Notes: generated by a model not told the origin, from the letters alone. DNA of 64,000 nucleotides from Ferrimicrobium sp. (GCA_022690815.1 JALCZJ010000012.1:7150-71149); one strand, 5' to 3'. Shown: positions 40,582-52,081, counted from the stretch's first letter. Numbers and translations: made by a program.

Positions 40582-41991
40582 CTAGGAGCGCACGAGCGTC
40601 CGATCGACCTCCTCGTCACTGGCTTGCTCAAGCGTGCGCTGGCTGGCCTCTGGGATAAACAGCGCCACGCCAGCGGCAACGACCGTGACACCTGCGAGCA
40701 CGTAGATTGCCACCGACTCACCAAAGTGAGCAAAGAGTGCAGGGAAGACGAAGGCGGTCAAGGTGGCGCCGATTCTTCCACTGGCAACCGTAAGGCCCTG
40801 GACAACGGTTCGGATCTTGGTTGGTGCCAACTCGACTCCGTTCATCCCGCTGGTAGGGACAGCACTGGCGATCCCGTTGGTCACGCTAAACAACCCCAAC
40901 AGGGCGAGCCCGATCGCGGGAGCCATGATGACAACCGACCCTCGATACGCCCCGAAGATGACAAGGGCGACGGCGGAGATCAGCGACCAGCGCACCGTCA
41001 TCGGACGACGGCCCCAACGATCAGACAGCCACGCCGCGATCAACAGCGACGGAATGGAGAAGGCACCGTAGCTGATCAAGGTAAAGACCTCGGGGCTCAG
41101 GCCAAGGCTCTTTGCGATCAACGTCGGGCCATAGAGTCCACTCGAGTAACCGATGATATCGAACATGAACCACAGCAGACAAGAGACGAGGATGGCGCGG
41201 GCGTTTCGGCGGAAGTAGAACCCAAGTCGGTTGCCATCGAGCAGCCTGACTCCTTTGAGATCAGCCTTGATGGCCTCCTCGGCATTGACCTCTCGCAACA
41301 CTGCGCGGGTGGCCTCAGGATCTCCCTTCACGCGAGCCATAAAGCGAGCCGTCTCGGGGAGACGACGACGAAGATAGATCACGGTGAGGGCGGGGAGTGC
41401 GCCTGCTGCGAGCACGATACGCCACGTCGCTCCGTCAGAGAAGCCAAGTCCGTGACACGCCAGCGAGATGAGACCTGCCGCGATTGCTCCGGTAATCCAC
41501 GAAACTCCAAAACCGACGATCATCATCTTGCCACGGCTCTTGCGGTTGGCGTGCTCTCCCATAATGGTCGGTGACAGCACATAGTCAGCCCCTGCGCCGA
41601 TACCAAAGAGAAAGCGGACCGCAATGAGCCAAGCAACACCGGGCACGAAAGCCTGAGCCAGAGCGGTGATCGCCATGACGATGACGTCGAGCCCGTAGTA
41701 GCGCTTGCGACCATGGTTGCCCAAGATTCCAAACACAATGGCCCCAAGCGCCATACCGGCGAGCGCAGAACCAGTCAGGAATGATGACTGTAATCCGGTC
41801 AATGACTGCCGGCCAAAGCTCGCCAGCACGAGCGGCAAGACAATGGCGATCGACGAGAGGCTATAGCCATCGGTAAAAACTCCCATGCCAGTCGTGAACA
41901 TCATCCGCGCGTGGAATCGGTTCGCTTGAACCTCGTCTGCGGGTGCAAAGATCGTTGATACTACCTGCTCAGATTTCGATTGATCCGCCAT
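40582..41991 (-). CDS. MFS transporter (metabolite/H+ symporter-like)
   Basis: 12 TMS. Motif A-like GNHGRKRYYG. RFLFGIGAGADY segment. Confidence 0.88.
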   Translation of the reverse strand: MADQSKSEQVVSTIFAPADEVQANRFHARMMFTTGMGVFTDGYSLSSIAIVLPLVLASFGRQSLTGLQSSFLTGSALAGMALGAIVFGILGNHGRKRYYGLDVIVMAITALAQAFVPGVAWLIAVRFLFGIGAGADYVLSPTIMGEHANRKSRGKMMIVGFGVSWITGAIAAGLISLACHGLGFSDGATWRIVLAAGALPALTVIYLRRRLPETARFMARVKGDPEATRAVLREVNAEEAIKADLKGVRLLDGNRLGFYFRRNARAILVSCLLWFMFDIIGYSSGLYGPTLIAKSLGLSPEVFTLISYGAFSIPSLLIAAWLSDRWGRRPMTVRWSLISAVALVIFGAYRGSVVIMAPAIGLALLGLFSVTNGIASAVPTSGMNGVELAPTKIRTVVQGLTVASGRIGATLTAFVFPALFAHFGESVAIYVLAGVTVVAAGVALFIPEASQRTLEQASDEEVDRTLVRS

Positions 41992-42136
41992 GCTCTCCTC
42001 CTGAGGATCGTCACGATCCCCTCGCTATTTCGACACCCTTTGGTGCTACTTCCTGTCCCGTTTCTCCCTGACTCTTTCCACTCAAATGACCACTAGATTT
42101 CGCCACCGCTTGCATGCGTCCTCAATAGTGCCGTAC

Positions 42137-42919
42137 TCACCCGTCAACCAGCTGATCTCGAAGTCGATCGAGGATTGACGGTGCAACCCCGACACCAACC
42201 AGATAGGCCTCGGCTGAGCCGTACTCGACCTCGATCCAGGCCAAAAGCCCCTCCATCGTCTGTGGGTTGGCAGACAGGGCAGGCGAGTCAACCGAGAACG
42301 ACTCACCGGGAGCCACCGATTGGCGCAACTCGTCCTCGGCGAGCGCCCAAAAGTGTTCCCTCGCGCGGGCCGTTGCCACATAATCGGCGACGATCAGCTC
42401 GTTTGGCACGCCAAGAACCGATAGCAGCAGCGCCGCAAGAACGCCGGTGCGATCCTTGCCGGCATAGCAGTGAAAGAGCGCAGGTCGATGACAAGGATCG
42501 GCCAGCAAGCGCACGCAACTCGCGAGTTCGTAACCACTCTCGAGCAGGTACGCACGGTAAAGCTCTTCGAGTGAACGTTGAGCGTTACCCTCCCTGGTCA
42601 ATGTCGCACGCAACGGAGCGTGCATCGTCACCCCTGCCAGGCCACTCAATGGACCACTGCCAAAGCGCTCGACCTCGTCGTGACGTCGAAGGTCGATACG
42701 GGTACGGATTCCAACGCGGCTGAGCTGATCAAGGTCCGCTGCACTCAAGCGATGTGGCGAATCCCCCCGGTAGAGCTGACCTAACTGGACCACTCCCCCT
42801 CGTCCTGTGGAATAACCTCCGAGGTCACGAACGTTGGCCGCACCGTCAAGCTGCATCCACCGTTGTCGTTCATTCATTAGCTGACCATTATCGACGTTCG
42901 TGACATTGAAGGTATCCAC
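42137..42919 (-). CDS. protein-tyrosine phosphatase (Y_phosphatase3-type)
   Basis: Active-site CX5R loop HCYAGKDRTG. NVRDLGG segment near the N-terminus. Confidence 0.85.
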   Translation of the reverse strand: MDTFNVTNVDNGQLMNERQRWMQLDGAANVRDLGGYSTGRGGVVQLGQLYRGDSPHRLSAADLDQLSRVGIRTRIDLRRHDEVERFGSGPLSGLAGVTMHAPLRATLTREGNAQRSLEELYRAYLLESGYELASCVRLLADPCHRPALFHCYAGKDRTGVLAALLLSVLGVPNELIVADYVATARAREHFWALAEDELRQSVAPGESFSVDSPALSANPQTMEGLLAWIEVEYGSAEAYLVGVGVAPSILDRLRDQLVDG

Positions 42920-43148
42920 ATGCTCAGTCTTGATCTGTCAGGTAACCCTCAAGAGGCTGTGACATAGCTAAGACGTAAACAAAACCGAAAACTTTGGATC
43001 GATCGCCTCACCGACAGCGGCCATCGGGCGATTCGTTGGTCCATTCGTCGACGGCTGGGGCATCGAGCACGGTCTCCGCCGCTGGAACCTGCGTCACCCA
43101 CAGACCTCCGACATGGAAGCGATAAGGTAGTAGACCACGGGGGGAACT

Positions 43149-44375
43149 ATGCAACCATCTGAGCCACAAAAACTCCTTGCCCACCTCGACACCGACGGGC
43201 TGATCCACTTTGTCCAACGTCTCGTGCAGCTTCGAAGCGTCAACGACCCTATGGTTAGGGCGACCGAAGCGGCCGCGGCACAAGCGGTCATCGAACTTGC
43301 GCAAAGCTTTGGTTGGCATCCCATCGTCGACTACGTCCAACCAGGAAGACCGAACGTGATCATCGAACTGCACGGCGAGCGGCCGGGACCCAACCTCATC
43401 TTCGAGGGTCACACTGACGTCGTCTCGGAGGGCGACGGAAATCTATGGAGCTTCGATCCTTACGGCGGTGAGATCGTCGACGGACAGCTTCGAGGACGTG
43501 GCTCCGCCGACATGAAGAGCGGTCTTGGAGCCATGCTCTTCGCAGCACGGGCCCTTGAACTCAGTGGGGAACTCACGGGCTCACTCACGCTTGCAGCCCT
43601 CGTCGATGAGGAGGAGTTGATGCTCGGTGTCAAGGACTTCGTAGCCAAGGGCTATGCCAACGGTGCCATTGGGGCGATTGTTTGTGAACCTGAGGCCGGC
43701 GAAGTCTGTATCACGCAAAAGGGCGCCATTCGGCTCGAGGTTCGTTTTCATGGTCGCATCGCCCATGGAGCGATGCCAACGAAGGGTATCAATCCAATTG
43801 CCGCTATCGGTAGCATCCTCGCCTTCGCCCAGGAAACCGAGCAGGCGCTACAGCAAGAATATGGGAGTGATCCCCAGCTTGGGGCGATCTCGATCACCCC
43901 AACCGTCTTGGCCGCGGGATCCCGGGTCCAGCTCAACCTGACGCCGCCCACGGCGACAGCAGATTTCGACATTCGGACCACCCCTGCGCTCGACCACCGT
44001 GCACTCATCGAGGCCTTCGATCGACAGGTGCAATCGATCGCCGCCAGTCTTGGAGCCCGAGGGGAGATCGAGGTAATCGATGATCGCCCGCCAACGTCGA
44101 TCGATGCTGAGACACCGCTCGTTCGGGCAGTGGTGGGCGCACACACCGAGGTTTATGGCACCAAACCGGCCTACGGAGGTGTGCCTGGTACGACCGATGG
44201 GACCATTCTCGTGCGAGATGCCCACCTACCCGTCGTGGTCTATGGGCCAGGGGGCAAGTGGATCGCTCACCAAGCAGACGAGTACGTCGAGGTTGATGAC
44301 ATCATCAGAGCCGCCAAGGTTTACCTGCTAGCCGCGCACACGCTACTCAACGCAGATTTGAGCCAGAGTTCGTAG
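43149..44375 (+). CDS. M20-family metallohydrolase (ArgE/DapE-like deacylase)
   Basis: GHTDVV, GRGSADMKSG and LVDEEE metal/catalytic motifs, with a dimerisation-domain insert. Confidence 0.88.
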   Translation: MQPSEPQKLLAHLDTDGLIHFVQRLVQLRSVNDPMVRATEAAAAQAVIELAQSFGWHPIVDYVQPGRPNVIIELHGERPGPNLIFEGHTDVVSEGDGNLWSFDPYGGEIVDGQLRGRGSADMKSGLGAMLFAARALELSGELTGSLTLAALVDEEELMLGVKDFVAKGYANGAIGAIVCEPEAGEVCITQKGAIRLEVRFHGRIAHGAMPTKGINPIAAIGSILAFAQETEQALQQEYGSDPQLGAISITPTVLAAGSRVQLNLTPPTATADFDIRTTPALDHRALIEAFDRQVQSIAASLGARGEIEVIDDRPPTSIDAETPLVRAVVGAHTEVYGTKPAYGGVPGTTDGTILVRDAHLPVVVYGPGGKWIAHQADEYVEVDDIIRAAKVYLLAAHTLLNADLSQSS

Positions 44376-44462
44376 CGCCAGGTTCTGCGATGGCCAATAT
44401 CGCGCCATGGTCAGTAAGGCCAGCCGTGGTGTGTCGATCGGCCCTTGTGAGTTGGTGACGGG

Positions 44463-45233
44463 TCAGGCTGGAGGGTCAAAGCGTCCATCAGCCGCGAGCC
44501 AGCCCCCATCGACCACCAAATAGGAGCCGGTGACATAGGAGGAGGCTTGCGAGGCGAGGAACACGACCGCCCCTACCATCTCCGTGGGCTGTGCCCAACG
44601 ACCAAGCATGGTCTTGTTTCGATAGGCCTCGTACCAGGCCTGGTTGTTCTTGATCTGGGAGGTCAGTGGCGTCTCCACGACTCCAGGAGCAATGGCATTT
44701 GCGCGAACACCTTGTGGCCCGAGCTCTGCCGCCAACACACGAAGCATCTGTAGCACGCCTGCCTTGGTCGCCGCGTAGACACCCTGCCCTGGCTCCACGA
44801 CCTGGGCTCGAATGCTTGAGAAGGCGATAATGCTTCCTCCACCGTTCTGAGCCATTGCGCGCCCAAAGTCGCGCATCACACGAAAATTACCCTTCAGGTT
44901 GATCTCGATCACCCGATCAAACTCCTCATCGGTCACCTCGGACAACCGTTTGCGAACGTTGATCGCCGGCGTCGTGACGACGATATCTGGAGTGCCAACC
45001 TCGGCGAGAACTCGCGTCGAGGCATGAGGATCTGCTACATCAAAGTGAAGCAATCGGGCATCGGGGATCTCGGCAAGGTTGCGCTCAAGCGCCTGATCGT
45101 CAATGTCTGCGCACCACACTTGAGCCCCAAAGGCCGCCAAGCCCTGTGCTGAGGCGGCGCCAATGCCACTCGCTGCTCCGATGATGAGCGCCCGTTGTCC
45201 TGTGAGATCAAATAACCGTCCTAAGTCCTCCAT
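44463..45233 (-). CDS. SDR-family oxidoreductase (FabG-like)
   Basis: Cofactor motif GAASGIG, NAG-type region, catalytic YAATKAG. Confidence 0.9.
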   Translation of the reverse strand: MEDLGRLFDLTGQRALIIGAASGIGAASAQGLAAFGAQVWCADIDDQALERNLAEIPDARLLHFDVADPHASTRVLAEVGTPDIVVTTPAINVRKRLSEVTDEEFDRVIEINLKGNFRVMRDFGRAMAQNGGGSIIAFSSIRAQVVEPGQGVYAATKAGVLQMLRVLAAELGPQGVRANAIAPGVVETPLTSQIKNNQAWYEAYRNKTMLGRWAQPTEMVGAVVFLASQASSYVTGSYLVVDGGWLAADGRFDPPA

Positions 45234-45600
45234 CGAAGCTCCCTTCTTTAGCTCCTACGCTATCGCTTCTGATGTTATCTGTCGCAGGCCAGCGTTGCCC
45301 GAGCATCGAGGGCGGCCACGTCTCACCCAACGGCTGATAGCTCACCATCGCCGACCTTCGTTGCCTCGCTGGAGGCTACCTCGGATCCAACGCCCCCATG
45401 ACCGGCTTCGGTCATCGCATGGTTCGTTTGATCAGACGCAACGATGCGTAGGTGGGCGAGCTGCATACGATCGCTACCGGGCGACGCTCATGTAAGGATT
45501 CCCGTGAGCTAAGCGAGCTAAAAGCCCCGGTTATAGCAGGCTGCGCGGTGATCCTTCGGTATGGTTAGAATCGGTGAGATGGAGGATGAGAGGGGGAGAG

Positions 45601-47175
45601 ATGGCTAGTTCGCTTCGACATCTCGCAAAGGCATCGGTCTTAGTAGCAAGTGGAGCTCTGATGCTTTCGGCCTGTGGATCATCGAGTTCAACAACCTCAT
45701 CAACGGCGAAGAGTACGCCGCTCCAGACGCTCACCATCGGATCGTCAAACGTTTTCCCCCCGACGCTCAACCCAACCGCCAACGCCTCACAGGCTATTGA
45801 TGAGGTGATCGATTACAACGTGTTGCAACACCTGGTTCAGTTGGCACCCAACGGCTCAATCGTTCCCGTCCTCGCCAGCTCCTACACCGTGAGCGATGCC
45901 AACAAGGTTTACACCTTTACCATCCGCAAAGGTGTCAAATTTTCCAACGGCAACCCACTCACGCCTGCCGATGTCGTCTTTAGCATGAAGCGCGTCTATG
46001 CGCCAGGCTCTACCTACCCGTACGGGAAGATCTTCGACGTCTCTTCGGTGCGCCAAGTTGGCGCTGACCAGGTCCAGGTGACGCTGACGACGCCGAGCTG
46101 GAACTGGCTCTATGACCTAGCCGCCTATTCCAACGGTGTCATTCTCGACCCTTCGACCATCTCTACCATGGCCACCGATCCGGTTGGGACCGGGCCATTT
46201 AAGGTCACAGGAGAGGTCTCGAACTACTCGGTCACCCTCGCGCGGAACAATCAGTACTGGGGTTACAAACCACATGTGTCTGGCGTCGTTTTTCGCTACT
46301 TCTCCAACGCCGACGCGCTGAATGCCGCGCTTGAAAGTGGTCAGGTAAACATGATCGACAACCTCTCTGCGCCGTCGGACGCGACACTGTTTAAATCAAA
46401 CCCCAAGTACAAGGTCGTATCCAGCCTGACCAACGGCAAGGTTCAGCTCACCTTGAACAACGCCTATGGCCCGCTGCGCAACAAACTGGTACGTCAAGCC
46501 ATATTGTATGCAACCGACCGCAAGGCGATCATGGATGCCGCCTCCGGCGGCTACGGCCTGATCGACGGGACCGACAGTGTGCCAGCAGACCCGTACTACA
46601 TCGATCTTGCCAGTGAATACCCTTACAACGTCACGAAGGCAAAGCAGCTCATGGCCCAGGCGGGCTATTCTAAAGGGTTCTCGCTTCAACTGATCTTGCC
46701 ACCGTATTTCTACGCCAAGCTCGCCGCTCCACTGATCGTCTCCGAATTAGGCGCGATCAACATCAAGGTCAGCGTGTCAACCATCGACTTCCCACTGTGG
46801 ATCTCACAGGTCTTTGAGGGTGGCGATTTTCAGGCAACGATCATCGATCAGGCGGAGGGCCGGGACGTCTCAAACTACGGCACCACCGGTTACTACTGGC
46901 ACTATGCCAAGACACCGCAAGTCGCTGCAGAACTCTCCGCCGCAAACGCTGCGCCCACCAAGGCTCAGTGGATCGCGGGCTACCGCAAGGTCCTGAAACA
47001 GATCACCGGCGATGCCGTCAACGACTGGCTCTACATAGCCCCATTCATCACGGTCATCGATAAGGACATCGTAGGAATCCCAACGACGGCCTACACCGAG
47101 TCCTATAATCTGTCCTACGTTGGTATCGGTGGGACAATTCCAGCATCGGCAAAGCAGCTCGGCTATCTCAGTTGA
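45601..47175 (+). CDS. ABC transporter substrate-binding lipoprotein, family 5 (peptide/nickel, DppA/OppA-like)
   Basis: Lipoprotein signal LVASGALMLSACGSSSS. Start ATG 45601 follows gagggggagag. First gene of a five-gene ABC operon. Confidence 0.9.
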   Translation: MASSLRHLAKASVLVASGALMLSACGSSSSTTSSTAKSTPLQTLTIGSSNVFPPTLNPTANASQAIDEVIDYNVLQHLVQLAPNGSIVPVLASSYTVSDANKVYTFTIRKGVKFSNGNPLTPADVVFSMKRVYAPGSTYPYGKIFDVSSVRQVGADQVQVTLTTPSWNWLYDLAAYSNGVILDPSTISTMATDPVGTGPFKVTGEVSNYSVTLARNNQYWGYKPHVSGVVFRYFSNADALNAALESGQVNMIDNLSAPSDATLFKSNPKYKVVSSLTNGKVQLTLNNAYGPLRNKLVRQAILYATDRKAIMDAASGGYGLIDGTDSVPADPYYIDLASEYPYNVTKAKQLMAQAGYSKGFSLQLILPPYFYAKLAAPLIVSELGAINIKVSVSTIDFPLWISQVFEGGDFQATIIDQAEGRDVSNYGTTGYYWHYAKTPQVAAELSAANAAPTKAQWIAGYRKVLKQITGDAVNDWLYIAPFITVIDKDIVGIPTTAYTESYNLSYVGIGGTIPASAKQLGYLS

Positions 47176-47249
47176 TGCCATGGCGACGCGGCTGTGCCAG
47201 AGTACGATTGAGGCGCAGGCTTTCGGAGCAGACGTGATCGGTAGCGAAC

Positions 47250-48263
47250 GTGCAGGTTGGTGACCTGAGCGCTCCGTCGGTCGCCGTTCGACGCCAGTCG
47301 GGTCAGCCCCATGAACTCCGGCGATTCCTTCTTCGGCGCATTCTCACGCTGATCGTCACGCTCTGGTTGGCGTCGATGCTGGTGTTTGTGGTCCTCAACA
47401 TCTTGCCCGGCAAGCCGGCCCAAGTTATCCTGGGGACACAAGCGACCCCAAGTTCGGTCGCTGCCCTCACCGCGAAGTTGGGGCTCAACCGACCATTAGT
47501 CGATCAGTATCTTCATTGGATCCACGGTCTTATCACCTTCAACCTCGGGAACTCCTACATATCAGCTCAACCGATTGCACCGGTCATCGGAGCCGCCCTC
47601 GCAGTGACAGGGCCGCTTGTGTTGGCGGGCCTTCTCGTTGGTCTCGTCATCGCGATACCACTTGGGATCACGAGTGCGCTGAAACACACACGGCGTTCGG
47701 GGATCATCCTTTCTGGTCTTGCACAGATTGGCATCGCGGTCCCGAACTTTGTGCTGGGCATTCTCTTCATCATCGTCTTTGCCGTCGATCTCAAGGTACT
47801 ACCCGCTAGCGGGTTCACCACCTGGTCAACGAGCGTGACCGGTGCCTTGGAGTCGCTGGTGTTGCCGGCCATCGCCCTCGGTCTCGTCGAGGGAGCGATC
47901 TTGGCCCGCTACATTCGAGCCTCGGTCATCGAGGTGCTGCGCGCCGATTACCTGCGTACCGCCAGAGCCAAGGGCCTGCGGCCCAACCAGGCGCTCGTTC
48001 GCCATGGCTTGCGCAACGCGTCGATTCCGGTCCTCACGGTGTTTGGTCTTGAACTCTCCGGGCTGATCATCGGAGCCGTGGTCATCGAGGCAGTCTTTAC
48101 GCTCCCAGGTCTTGGGAGTCTTCTGCTTTCTAGCGTTGCGAACCGCGATCTCATCACGGTTCAAGACATCGTCATGCTGGTCGCGAGCACGGTGCTCGTG
48201 GTCAATACCGTCGTCGACATACTGTATCGGGTCATAGACCCGCGGATGGGGCTACGATCTTGA
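47250..48263 (+). CDS. ABC transporter permease (DppB/OppB-like)
   Basis: Conserved N-terminus RRILTLIVTLWLASMLVFVVLNILPG. EAA-loop region YLRTARAKGL. Confidence 0.9.
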   Translation: MQVGDLSAPSVAVRRQSGQPHELRRFLLRRILTLIVTLWLASMLVFVVLNILPGKPAQVILGTQATPSSVAALTAKLGLNRPLVDQYLHWIHGLITFNLGNSYISAQPIAPVIGAALAVTGPLVLAGLLVGLVIAIPLGITSALKHTRRSGIILSGLAQIGIAVPNFVLGILFIIVFAVDLKVLPASGFTTWSTSVTGALESLVLPAIALGLVEGAILARYIRASVIEVLRADYLRTARAKGLRPNQALVRHGLRNASIPVLTVFGLELSGLIIGAVVIEAVFTLPGLGSLLLSSVANRDLITVQDIVMLVASTVLVVNTVVDILYRVIDPRMGLRS

Positions 48264-49153
48264 GTGACGATCGCCAATTGAGCTCAACTCCTGAAGGAGT
48301 CGTGATCGAACAGCCACACAAGCATCGCCTTCGGCTTGGTGCCCTTGGCCCAAGCGCAACCATCGGCGCGGTCATCATCGGCGTAGTCGTCCTTGTTGCT
48401 ATCGTCTCGATCTGGTGGACGCCCTATGGCCCCTTGGCCGTGAACACCAGCGCAGAATTTTTGCGCCCGAGCCTTGCCCATCCCTTGGGCACCGACCAGT
48501 ACGGCCGCGATGTCCTCTCACGATTGATGAAAGGAACACAGCTCACCTTGCTTTCGAGCCTCGGCGCGGTCATCATCGCCTTGGCCATTGGAGTACCGGC
48601 CGGTCTCATCGCCGGGTTCAAACGAGGCGTCACCGGAGAGGTTATTATGCGAGGCGCCGATCTTCTCTACTCGTTTCCGGCGTTGCTCGCCGCCATCACG
48701 TTGGTCGCCGCCTTCGGCGCTTCGACGCTGACTGCTACGTTAGCCATCGGCATTGCGTCCATCCCTGTCTTTGTCCGAGTTACCCGTTCGACCACCCTCT
48801 CGGTGCTTTCGAACGACTACGTACTCGCGGCTCGAGCCTACGGTCGCTCCAACTTTCAGATCGCGCGACGTCATGTTCTGCCAAACATCATGGGAGTCCT
48901 TGTCGCACAGATTGCTCTCCTCCTGTCGATCACCATCCTGGCCGTCGCCGCCCTTTCTTACCTTGGCCTTGGAACCCCACCTCCGGCGCCGACGTGGGGC
49001 GGCATGCTGGAGAGTGCCCAGAGTTACCTCTACCAGGACCCGCTACTGGCGCTATGGCCGGGACTCGCCATCGCCATCACCGTCTTTGGGCTCAACGCCC
49101 TCGGCGATGGGGTTCGCGACCTGCTTGATCCAATGTTGAGAGGACGCTCGTGA
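48260..49153 (+). CDS. ABC transporter permease (DppC/OppC-like)
   Basis: HPLGTDQYGRDVLSRL motif and EAA-loop YVLAARAYG. 4-nt overlaps on both sides. Confidence 0.9.
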   Translation: MSDDRQLSSTPEGVVIEQPHKHRLRLGALGPSATIGAVIIGVVVLVAIVSIWWTPYGPLAVNTSAEFLRPSLAHPLGTDQYGRDVLSRLMKGTQLTLLSSLGAVIIALAIGVPAGLIAGFKRGVTGEVIMRGADLLYSFPALLAAITLVAAFGASTLTATLAIGIASIPVFVRVTRSTTLSVLSNDYVLAARAYGRSNFQIARRHVLPNIMGVLVAQIALLLSITILAVAALSYLGLGTPPPAPTWGGMLESAQSYLYQDPLLALWPGLAIAITVFGLNALGDGVRDLLDPMLRGRS

Positions 49154-50118
49154 CGCTACTGGAGGTCGAAGACCTGCACCTTTCGATCGCAGGGATCGAA
49201 CTTCTGCGCGGTGTGAGTTATTCAATTGATCCAGCACAACGACTTGGTCTGATCGGCGAGTCAGGTTCAGGCAAATCGCTCACAGCGCTCGCCGTCATGG
49301 GGCTGCTTCCTGAAGAGAGCATTCTCTCTGGGTCAATACGCTTGGCCGGCCGAGAGCTGATCGGTCTTGGGGAACGAGCGTATTCGAAGTTACGGGGTGA
49401 TCGCATCGCCATGATCTTTCAAGAGCCAATGACCAGCCTTAATCCCCTGATGCGAGTGGGCAAGCAGATCAGCGAGGTAACGCGAATCCACCGAGGGCTT
49501 ACTCGTAAAGCCAGCGCAACTGAGGCGATCGCTCTTCTCGCGCGTGTTGGCTTCGATCAGCCCGAACTGCAGGCTCGCGCCTTCCCCCACCAGCTCTCTG
49601 GTGGGCAACGCCAACGAGTGATGATTGCGATGGCGATCGCCTGTAACCCGGATCTCATCCTTGCAGACGAGCCGACGACGGCTCTCGATGTGACCGTCCA
49701 AGCGCAGGTACTCGAACTCCTCGCAGAGCTCACCGCAGAGCACGGGTGTGCTCTCATGCTGATCAGTCACGATCTAGCCGTGGTAGCCAATGTCTGTGAT
49801 CGCATCCAGGTTATGTACGGGGGCACGATCGTCGAGTCAGGTGCTACCCACGAGCTCACCCATCGTCCCCAACATCCCTACACCCGCGCGTTGTTGGCGA
49901 CCTCACACGGGATCGATGACCTCAATCAAGCGTTATTCGGCCAGCTGCCGACCATCCCCGGATCGGTTCCTGAGGCTGGCAATTTTCCCGCAGGTTGCAC
50001 CTATCGCGGACGTTGTGAGCGCGAGTCAGAGCGATGCCAAACGCCGCCTACCGCGATCGGGGCCCAACATTTGGTCCGCTGCTGGCATCCCTACGTCCCC
50101 TCACCCGAGGAACGATAG
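49150..50118 (+). CDS. ABC transporter ATP-binding protein (DppD/OppD-like)
   Basis: Walker A GESGSGKS, signature LSGGQRQRV, Walker [14 protein letters not shown]-terminal oligopeptide-type extension with Cys cluster. Confidence 0.92.
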   Translation: MTLLEVEDLHLSIAGIELLRGVSYSIDPAQRLGLIGESGSGKSLTALAVMGLLPEESILSGSIRLAGRELIGLGERAYSKLRGDRIAMIFQEPMTSLNPLMRVGKQISEVTRIHRGLTRKASATEAIALLARVGFDQPELQARAFPHQLSGGQRQRVMIAMAIACNPDLILADEPTTALDVTVQAQVLELLAELTAEHGCALMLISHDLAVVANVCDRIQVMYGGTIVESGATHELTHRPQHPYTRALLATSHGIDDLNQALFGQLPTIPGSVPEAGNFPAGCTYRGRCERESERCQTPPTAIGAQHLVRCWHPYVPSPEER

Positions 50119-50904
50119 ATGGACACCGCACCTGCGTCTCCACCGATTGCGCCGCTGTTTGAACTGAGACACGTCAGCCACCGCTACGGGGGTCGAGTTC
50201 GGAGCGTGCTGGCCCTCGATGACCTCAACCTTGCGATAGACAATGGTGAGCGTGTCGGCATCGTCGGCGAATCGGGGTCGGGCAAGTCGACCCTGGCACG
50301 GCTGCTCGTCGCGCTGACGAAGCCGAGCGAAGGAGAGATCCTCTTTCATGGACAACCGCTCGCGACAAAGCGCGCGGCCTTGCTCGATTTTCGCCGTGAA
50401 GTACAGATCGTCTTCCAGGATCCGTTTGGCTCGCTGGATCCAAGGCTCAGCGTCGGCGAGTCCATCGCAGAGCCTTTGCGCTCCTTGAACATCGGGGGAG
50501 ATTACGGTGCCCGCATGCGGGAGCTGATCGAAGCTGTGGGTCTTCCGGCAAACAGTCCTTCGCTCTATCCTCATCAACTCTCCGGAGGGCAGCGTCAACG
50601 GGTGGCGATTGCACGAGCTCTTGCGCCAGGACCTAGTACGCTGATCGCTGACGAGGCGGTCTCGGCCCTTGATGTGTCGGTCCGAGCACAGGTCTTAAAT
50701 GTGATCGCCAACCTCGTCCAAGATCTTGGCCTGACCCTCATCTTCATCTCCCACGATATGTCCGTCGTGCGCCATGTCTGCTCCCGGGTAATCGTCCTCT
50801 TTCGGGGCCATGTGGTCGAGGACGACTCAACCGAGCACATCTTCAAGAACCCCCAACACCCCTATACCCAGACGCTGTTGGCCTCAACTCCACGTCTGCC
50901 ATGA
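50119..50904 (+). CDS. ABC transporter ATP-binding protein (DppF/OppF-like)
   Basis: Walker [10 protein letters not shown], signature [15 protein letters not shown], Walker B LIADEAVSALD. Confidence 0.92.
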   Translation: MDTAPASPPIAPLFELRHVSHRYGGRVRSVLALDDLNLAIDNGERVGIVGESGSGKSTLARLLVALTKPSEGEILFHGQPLATKRAALLDFRREVQIVFQDPFGSLDPRLSVGESIAEPLRSLNIGGDYGARMRELIEAVGLPANSPSLYPHQLSGGQRQRVAIARALAPGPSTLIADEAVSALDVSVRAQVLNVIANLVQDLGLTLIFISHDMSVVRHVCSRVIVLFRGHVVEDDSTEHIFKNPQHPYTQTLLASTPRLP

Positions 50905-50950
50905 GGTCTAACACCGCCACCAGTACCCCTATCAGCTAGGCTCTGAGGCA

Positions 50951-51877
50951 ATGTCAAACGACGATCTCTCTGATCACAAGGCTGATGACAGAATTGCCCT
51001 CGTCACCGGCGCCAACGGGGGGCTTGGACGGTGGTGTGTCTTGGGTCTCGCCAAGGCGAAGGTCACTGTCGTACTCGGGTGTCGAAGCCCAGAGCGAGGT
51101 CAAGCGACAGTAGCGTGGATCCGACGACGGATACCGGATGCTCGGCTTGAGGTACTCGCGCTAGATTTAGCGACGCTGTCGTCGGTTCGTGAGAGTGCCG
51201 AGCGCTTTGTAGCACAACACGACAAGCTCGACATTCTGATCAACAACGCCGGTGTCATGATGTTGCCAGCGGCACTGACCCACGATGGTTTCGAGCAGCA
51301 GTTTGCGATCAACTATCTCTCCCACTATGCCCTCACCGCCCACCTTTGGCCCCTGCTCATGGCCAGTGTGGAGCCCCGAGTGGTCTCCGTATCGAGTCTC
51401 ATGGCCAATCAAGGTCACATACGTCTCGGCGATCTTGGAGGCATCAGGGGCTACAGTCGCACCCAGGCTTACGCACAATCAAAATTGGCCTGTCTCCTGT
51501 TCGCTCGCGAGCTCAGCCGCCGAGCTCAAGCCAACAACGTGGTCCTTATCAGCGCTGCGGCACATCCGGGATTTGCAAACACCGGACTACAACGGCGAAC
51601 GGGTCGGGCGAATCTCGGGCGGGTGGGAGAGTATGCGATGTTGGCGGCCAATCTCGCCTTCGCCCAACCGGCACAGCGAGGTGCAATCCCGCTGCTCGAG
51701 GCGGCACTGGCTCCCGGATTGGCCAATGGGGCCTACCTTGGCCCGAGTGGGCCTGGGGAACTCTGGGGTCATCGAGCCAAACTCGCTCGTCTTCCGAGAG
51801 CGGCCCGCGATGATGAGGTAGCCGCCGAACTTTGGGACCTCTCAGCCACCTTGTCTGGTGTGCAGCCCCCGCTGTAA
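50951..51877 (+). CDS. SDR-family oxidoreductase (retinol-dehydrogenase-like)
   Basis: TGANGGLG cofactor motif, NNAGV, catalytic YAQSKLA. Confidence 0.88.
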   Translation: MSNDDLSDHKADDRIALVTGANGGLGRWCVLGLAKAKVTVVLGCRSPERGQATVAWIRRRIPDARLEVLALDLATLSSVRESAERFVAQHDKLDILINNAGVMMLPAALTHDGFEQQFAINYLSHYALTAHLWPLLMASVEPRVVSVSSLMANQGHIRLGDLGGIRGYSRTQAYAQSKLACLLFARELSRRAQANNVVLISAAAHPGFANTGLQRRTGRANLGRVGEYAMLAANLAFAQPAQRGAIPLLEAALAPGLANGAYLGPSGPGELWGHRAKLARLPRAARDDEVAAELWDLSATLSGVQPPL

Positions 51878-52081
51878 CCGCGTCGGCCACGTTGATCACA
51901 AGCCAATCGCATAAACCTGCTGCAATGCGTGGATCAGCTCGTTGCAACTACCCCGGAGATAATTAGCATTTAGCTTTCCAACTGGTGTTTTGTCAGATCT
52001 GTCCGTTGACAGTAGGCATGAAAGGAGGGCCCTGAACAGGTAGGAGTTGTCGCAAGGAGAGCCACGGGCGCGTGATGAACT

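Noticed and set aside
40498-41574. A 358-aa plus-strand ORF.
   Set aside because: It is antisense to the 12-TMS MFS transporter gene. It is Arg/Asp/Gly-rich with no motifs, so it is a shadow ORF.
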